Under the pieces are notes generated by a model, which worked only from the letters and a program-made list of their open reading frames with translations, searched no databases and was not told the DNA's origin. From an uncultured Bacteroidales bacterium (GTDB taxonomy: Bacteria; Bacteroidota; Bacteroidia; Bacteroidales; UBA12077), in contig CAZSIC010000005.1 in the NCBI GenBank assembly GCA_964606845.1, forward strand, positions 1-61,237: DNA of 61,237 nt, given 5' to 3'. Positions 54,862 to 61,237 of the stretch are shown here, one piece after another. Within the stretch, counting starts at the first letter, position 1, and every line of letters starts with the position of its first letter. The translations under genes and the position numbers were made by a program.

Positions 54862-55209
54862 ATGGAAAATTTATCTGTGATTGCGCAACTTATTGTTGCT
54901 ATTTCTATTGTTATTGTGTGGGTATTTCGTTTCGATAATATCGTTAAAGAATTTAAGCAATATGGCTTGAGTGATTTGACCCGCACGATGGTTGGGACTG
55001 CTAAAATAGCATTGGCAACATTGCTTGTAGCAGGTATCTGGTATCCTACGCTAACGCTTATTCCTGCTCTTTTGATGGCTTTTCTGATGTTAAGTGCGCA
55101 GTATTTTCACTTCAAAGTGAATAACCCATGGTACAAGCGTATGCCTTCATTATTTCTTTTTTTACTATGCCTTTTTATTGCTGCTGTATCACTAAATTTA
55201 ATAACTTAA
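54862..55209 (+). CDS. DoxX-like small membrane protein (4 TM)
   Basis: 115 aa with four hydrophobic helices and a DoxX-like layout. Confidence 0.65.
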   Translation: MENLSVIAQLIVAISIVIVWVFRFDNIVKEFKQYGLSDLTRTMVGTAKIALATLLVAGIWYPTLTLIPALLMAFLMLSAQYFHFKVNNPWYKRMPSLFLFLLCLFIAAVSLNLIT

Positions 55210-55432
55210 TGGGTTAACTGAAAATTAACGGCTGTTTATGGCCTTTGGAACCAGCCATTTTTTTTGAGCTTTATTTAATTAATTTTTTAAATGCAAGAAC
55301 ATTTTTTTGGATTAAAGATTATCGTTAAATTTTTAAATCAATTTTCTTAAACAAAATTTATTTTAGGATGTTTAAAACTTACATAAAACTTATTATTAGT
55401 TAATTATATTAAATAATTGAAAAAGATACAAA

Positions 55433-56131
55433 ATGGCAAACTACTTAATAATCGGTGCTTCTTCAGGAATCGGTAAAGCACTTACTAAACAACTGTCAGA
55501 TGCTGGCCATCAGGTTTTTGGAACGTTTAATAAACATGAAATTCATCCTGAACATTCTTTAATCAACTATTTTCCTTTAAATGTTTTGGATGATGATTTT
55601 TCACTTGATTTTTTACCGGAAACATTAAACGGAATTGTATACTGTCCGGGGAGCATTAACCTTCGTCCATTTGAAAGAATGAAACCTGTTGAGTTTACAA
55701 ACGACTATAACTTACAGGTTGTTGGAGCGATCAAAACAATTCAAGCCGCTGCATCTAAATTAAAAAAGAGCGAAAATGCTGCGATTATATTATTTTCTAC
55801 GGTTGCCGTGCAAACCGGATTGCCTTTTCATACACAGGTATCAGCATCCAAGGGGGCTATTGAAGGATTAACAAAAGCATTGGCTGCTGAGTATGCACCA
55901 AAAATAAGAGTGAATTGCATTGCGCCTTCGCTTACGGATACTCCTTTAGCAACTCCTTTATTAAACAGCGAACAGAAAAAAGAAGCAAACGCAAAGCGCC
56001 ATCCATTGAAAAGAATTGGAACAGCCGATGATATTGTTAATATGGTAGAATTTTTACTTTCCACTAAAGCAAGTTGGATTACGGGGCAGATTATGCATGT
56101 GGATGGCGGCATGTCTACCCTAAAGGTATAA
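55433..56131 (+). CDS. Short-chain dehydrogenase/reductase (SDR)
   Basis: 'IIGASSGIGKAL', an 'SASKGA' segment at the active-site position (Ser where classical SDRs have the YxxxK Tyr), and a C-terminal 'ITGQIMHVDGG'. Confidence 0.9.
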   Translation: MANYLIIGASSGIGKALTKQLSDAGHQVFGTFNKHEIHPEHSLINYFPLNVLDDDFSLDFLPETLNGIVYCPGSINLRPFERMKPVEFTNDYNLQVVGAIKTIQAAASKLKKSENAAIILFSTVAVQTGLPFHTQVSASKGAIEGLTKALAAEYAPKIRVNCIAPSLTDTPLATPLLNSEQKKEANAKRHPLKRIGTADDIVNMVEFLLSTKASWITGQIMHVDGGMSTLKV

Positions 56132-56142
56132 TTACTTTTTTT

Positions 56143-56412
56143 ATGGAACAAAAAGATATCGACCGAATCATTGAAATGGCATGGGAAGACCGCACTCCTT
56201 TTGAAGCCATTGAAATACAGTTTGGGTTTTCAGAAGCTGACGTGATAAAATTGATGCGAAAGGAACTCAAACGCAACAGTTTTATTTTATGGAGAAAGCG
56301 AGTGAACAGTGGCGTAAGCCATAAACACGCTCAAAAGAGAAACCCAGATATTAATCGGTTTAAGTCTGGTCGCCAGAAAATAATTTCGATGAATAAAATA
56401 AGTAAGCGATAA
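56143..56412 (+). CDS. TIGR03643/DUF2805-family small protein (photolyase-locus associated)
   Basis: 'DRIIEMAWEDRTPFEAIEIQFGFSEADVIKLMRKELK..SF.LWRKRV'. The start at 56143 is preferred over the listed 56074, which overlaps the SDR gene. Confidence 0.75.
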   Translation: MEQKDIDRIIEMAWEDRTPFEAIEIQFGFSEADVIKLMRKELKRNSFILWRKRVNSGVSHKHAQKRNPDINRFKSGRQKIISMNKISKR

Positions 56413-56453
56413 ATGAAGGTCGCATTTTAATGAAATGAAAATAGACACAAAAT

Positions 56454-57932
56454 ATGCGTATAGTAATTTTATTTCCACATCAATTGTTTGAGCAAAATTT
56501 ACTTGCAGAAAAATGTGATGTCATTTATTTGGTTGAAGAGTGGTTATTTTTTAAACAGTATACTTTTCATAAACAGAAAATTGCTTTTCACAGGGCAAGT
56601 ATGAAGTTTTATGAAAACCATCTAAAATTAAAAAACATTAAAGTTGTTTATATTGATTCATATAACTCCTTAGCAGATATAAGAAAATTGATTCCGCATT
56701 TGAAATCTAATGGTGTTAATGCTTTTGAATATTTTGACACTACAGACAACTGGCTGGAAAGCAGAATTAGTAAAGCTTGTAAGACTCATGATGTAGAAGC
56801 GAATAAAAACCGTTCTCCGTTATTTTTAAATTCATTTGATGAGATAGAAACCTATTTCGCGGATAAGAAACGTATGTTTCAAACCGATTTCTATAAGCAC
56901 CAGCGAAAAAACAGAAATATATTATTAGAGAACAATCAGAAACCGATGGGTGGCAAATGGTCTTATGACGACGAGAATCGAAAGAAATATCCCAAAGGAA
57001 AAAGACCCCCTGAAGTTGATTTTGTAAAACCGAATGATTATTACACTGAGGCAGTAACTTACACAAATAAATATTTTCCAGAAAATTACGGTCAACTGAA
57101 TCCTGACTTTATTTATCCAACAACATTTACCGAAAGTAAAAGCTGGTTGCAGAATTTTTTCAAAACACGATTCCGGGAATTTGGAGCCTATGAAGATGCC
57201 ATTGTTTTGAATGAAAGCATTTTAAACCACAGTGTTTTAAGCCCTATGCTCAATGTAGGATTAATTACACCTCAGTATGTTATTGAAGAAACGTTGCAGT
57301 ATGCCGGTAATCATGAAATTCCATTAAATTCTTTGGAAGGTTTTATCAGGCAAATTATAGGCTGGAGGGAATTTATACGAGCGGTTTATGAACTAAAAGG
57401 CAATGAACAACGGACCAAAAATTACTGGGGCTTTACGCGAAAAATTCCGGCTTCATTTTGGAATGGAACTACCGGAATAGAGCCAATAGATGGCACCATC
57501 AAAAAAGTTTTAGAAACAGGCTACTGCCATCATATTGAGCGGTTAATGGTATTGGGAAACTTTATGTTACTATGCGAATTTGACCCCGACGAGGTATACC
57601 GCTGGTTTATGGAACTCTTTATTGATGCTTATGATTGGGTAATGGTTCCCAATGTTTACGGCATGAGCCAGTTTGCCGATGGTGGTTTAATGGCAACAAA
57701 ACCTTACATTAGCGGAAGCAATTATTTAATGAAAATGAGCGACTATAAAAAAGGGGAGTGGCAGGCGGTTTGGGATGGATTATTCTGGAGGTTCATGCAT
57801 ACTCATAGAAACTTCTTTATGCAAAATCCGAGACTTGGAATGCTGGTAAAAATGTTTGATAAAATGTCTGAAGAGAAACAAAAGAGCCATTTGAATAACG
57901 CTACACAATTTTTAAAATCACTCGCTTTATGA
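56454..57932 (+). CDS. Cryptochrome/photolyase-family protein of the CryPro / FeS-BCP (COG3046) type
   Basis: 'FYK.QRK', 'GGKWSYD.ENRK', 'SVLSP.LN.GLITP', 'GWREFIR', 'GYCHHIERLMVLGNF', 'DAYDWVM.PNVYGMSQFADGG' and 'KPYISGSNY..KMSDY'. Confidence 0.85.
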   Translation: MRIVILFPHQLFEQNLLAEKCDVIYLVEEWLFFKQYTFHKQKIAFHRASMKFYENHLKLKNIKVVYIDSYNSLADIRKLIPHLKSNGVNAFEYFDTTDNWLESRISKACKTHDVEANKNRSPLFLNSFDEIETYFADKKRMFQTDFYKHQRKNRNILLENNQKPMGGKWSYDDENRKKYPKGKRPPEVDFVKPNDYYTEAVTYTNKYFPENYGQLNPDFIYPTTFTESKSWLQNFFKTRFREFGAYEDAIVLNESILNHSVLSPMLNVGLITPQYVIEETLQYAGNHEIPLNSLEGFIRQIIGWREFIRAVYELKGNEQRTKNYWGFTRKIPASFWNGTTGIEPIDGTIKKVLETGYCHHIERLMVLGNFMLLCEFDPDEVYRWFMELFIDAYDWVMVPNVYGMSQFADGGLMATKPYISGSNYLMKMSDYKKGEWQAVWDGLFWRFMHTHRNFFMQNPRLGMLVKMFDKMSEEKQKSHLNNATQFLKSLAL

Positions 57933-59359
57933 AAATATTACTTACTGGTGCAACCGGATATATTGCAAAAAGATTATTGCCCGTTTTATTAGATAATGGG
58001 CATGAGGTTGTTTGTTGTGTAAGAGACAGTAGTAGATTTAACATAAAAAAATATTCTACTTCGAATATATCAGTTATCGAGGTAGACTTTTTGGATAAGG
58101 AAAGTTTACAGCGTATTCCCAATGATATTGATTTATCTTACTACCTCATTCATTCCATGTCAACACAAAGCGGCGACTTTGAAAGCATGGAAGAAATATG
58201 TGCCACAAATTTTAAAAACCGTATTGAACAGACAAAAGCTAAACAAGTTATTTATCTTAGCGGAATAAGTAACGCCGACACACTATCAAAACATTTATCA
58301 TCGCGAAGGAATGTAGAATCCATTTTGTCGAACGCTAATTTTGCTCTTACCACTTTAAAAGCAGCTATAATAGTAGGTTCTGGAAGTGCTTCGTTTGAAA
58401 TTATTCGCGATTTGGTAGAAAAATTACCTTTTATGATTGCACCGCGCTGGTTAAAAACAAGAGCTCAACCTATTGCTATTCTTAATGTGATAGATTTTTT
58501 GGTTGGAGTAATTGGTAAAACCCAAACCTATAATAACACTTACGATATTGGCGGTCCTGATATTTTAAGCTATAAGGAAATGCTTTTGCGTTTTGCAAAA
58601 GTACGAGGATTAAAAAGGCGCATCGTTATAGTCCCGGTAATGACACCAAAAATTTCTTCTTATTGGTTATATTTTATTACATCCACTTCCTTTGCACTGG
58701 CAAAAAATTTAGTTAACAGCATGAAAATAGAGGTGATATGCAAACCCAATAATTTAGATTCAATGCTTGGTGTGAAGCTCATTGATTATGAAACTGCTAT
58801 AAAGCTGGCTTTTGATAAAATAGAACAAAACCAGGTATTGTCGAGCTGGAAGGATGCACAAACAAGTGATATATTTAATAAAGGTCTTTCTAAGTTTGTT
58901 GAAGTCCCTGTAAATGGATGCTTTAAAGACACTCGTACTCGAAAACTCGAAAACAGTGATAGTACGCTAGAAAGAATATGGTCTATTGGTGGCAAAACGG
59001 GCTGGTATTATGGAAACTGGCTATGGGAAATCAGAGGATTTTTAGATCAGATTGCAGGTGGTGTTGGAATGCGCAGAGGAAGAAAAAGTGATACTGAATT
59101 AAATACAGGGGATGCACTTGATTTTTGGCGTGTGCTTATTGCAGATAAAGATGAGAAAAGGCTGCTCTTGTATGCCGAAATGAAACTGCCGGGTGAAGCA
59201 TGGCTTGAATTTAAAATTGATAATAATAACATTCTTACACAAACTGCTACTTTCCGGCCTTTGGGCTTACTGGGTAGATTTTACTGGTATTCGGTTTTTC
59301 CGTTTCATGGACTAATTTTTAACGGAATGATAAATAGAATAGCTAAAGCAAAAACATAA
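57929..59359 (+). CDS. NAD(P)-binding SDR-like protein fused to a DUF2867 domain
   Basis: 'ILLTGATGYIAKRL' at the N-terminus. The C-terminal region 'FWRVL...RLLLYAEMKLPGEAWLEFKI' is DUF2867-like. Its start overlaps the photolyase-like stop (ATGA). Confidence 0.8.
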   Translation: MKILLTGATGYIAKRLLPVLLDNGHEVVCCVRDSSRFNIKKYSTSNISVIEVDFLDKESLQRIPNDIDLSYYLIHSMSTQSGDFESMEEICATNFKNRIEQTKAKQVIYLSGISNADTLSKHLSSRRNVESILSNANFALTTLKAAIIVGSGSASFEIIRDLVEKLPFMIAPRWLKTRAQPIAILNVIDFLVGVIGKTQTYNNTYDIGGPDILSYKEMLLRFAKVRGLKRRIVIVPVMTPKISSYWLYFITSTSFALAKNLVNSMKIEVICKPNNLDSMLGVKLIDYETAIKLAFDKIEQNQVLSSWKDAQTSDIFNKGLSKFVEVPVNGCFKDTRTRKLENSDSTLERIWSIGGKTGWYYGNWLWEIRGFLDQIAGGVGMRRGRKSDTELNTGDALDFWRVLIADKDEKRLLLYAEMKLPGEAWLEFKIDNNNILTQTATFRPLGLLGRFYWYSVFPFHGLIFNGMINRIAKAKT

Positions 59360-59401
59360 TATTATAAAGTTAGGAACCAGTTTATGAAGTTACGTAATAA
59401 T

Positions 59402-59445
59402 AAATGCGGGGCCGAGCGATTGAAAACGCTACAAACCCCGCATTT
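59402..59445. terminator. Hairpin between convergent genes (terminator for katG and/or the SDR-DUF2867 gene)
   Basis: 10-bp stem AAATGCGGGG (59402-59411) / CCCCGCATTT (59436-59445) with a 24-nt loop. Confidence 0.55.
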
Positions 59446-59470
59446 ACTTATACATGATTTTAGTAGTGGG

Positions 59471-61237
<1,767 letters not shown>

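Overview
This is a 61.2-kb, visibly A+T-rich chromosomal segment. It most likely comes from a member of the Bacteroidota. The supporting features are a CarboxypepD_reg-type TonB-dependent receptor, an ECF sigma/FecR pair, DUF4476, many FtsX-type permease paralogues, lipoproteins with acidic post-Cys tails, TAnnTTTG-type -7 boxes, and no Shine-Dalgarno signals.

About 55 protein-coding genes are supportable. Housekeeping genes are sucA-sucB, murB, mltG, ggt, a 5'-truncated katG, an Fe/Mn superoxide dismutase, M23 and M28 peptidases, and a Sir2 deacylase. These are interspersed with signalling and envelope genes.

I found no rRNA, tRNA, CRISPR array, transposase, integrase or phage genes, so this is not an obvious mobile island.

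The stretches most worth a second look are:
- **8005-11762:** a tight four-gene operon of a SiaC-like DUF1987 protein, an exported triple-DUF4476 protein, a CheY-like receiver and a PAS-PP2C-REC phosphatase. It has no kinase and no output domain.
- **35329-36905:** two tandem mosaic paralogues with nearly identical ends and a divergent central loop.
- **49112-51466:** an FtsX permease interrupted by a single in-frame TAA.
- **44247-44858:** a receiver-domain ORF that carries the last ~25 residues of a lost histidine-kinase ATPase domain.
- **26500-26664:** a 165-bp element bounded by perfect 21-bp inverted repeats.
- **54862-61237:** a light/oxidative-stress cluster (DoxX, SDR, TIGR03643, a CryPro/FeS-BCP-like photolyase lacking three of its four Fe-S cysteines, SDR-DUF2867, katG).

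All family assignments come from motif recognition by eye. No database search or folding calculation was run.
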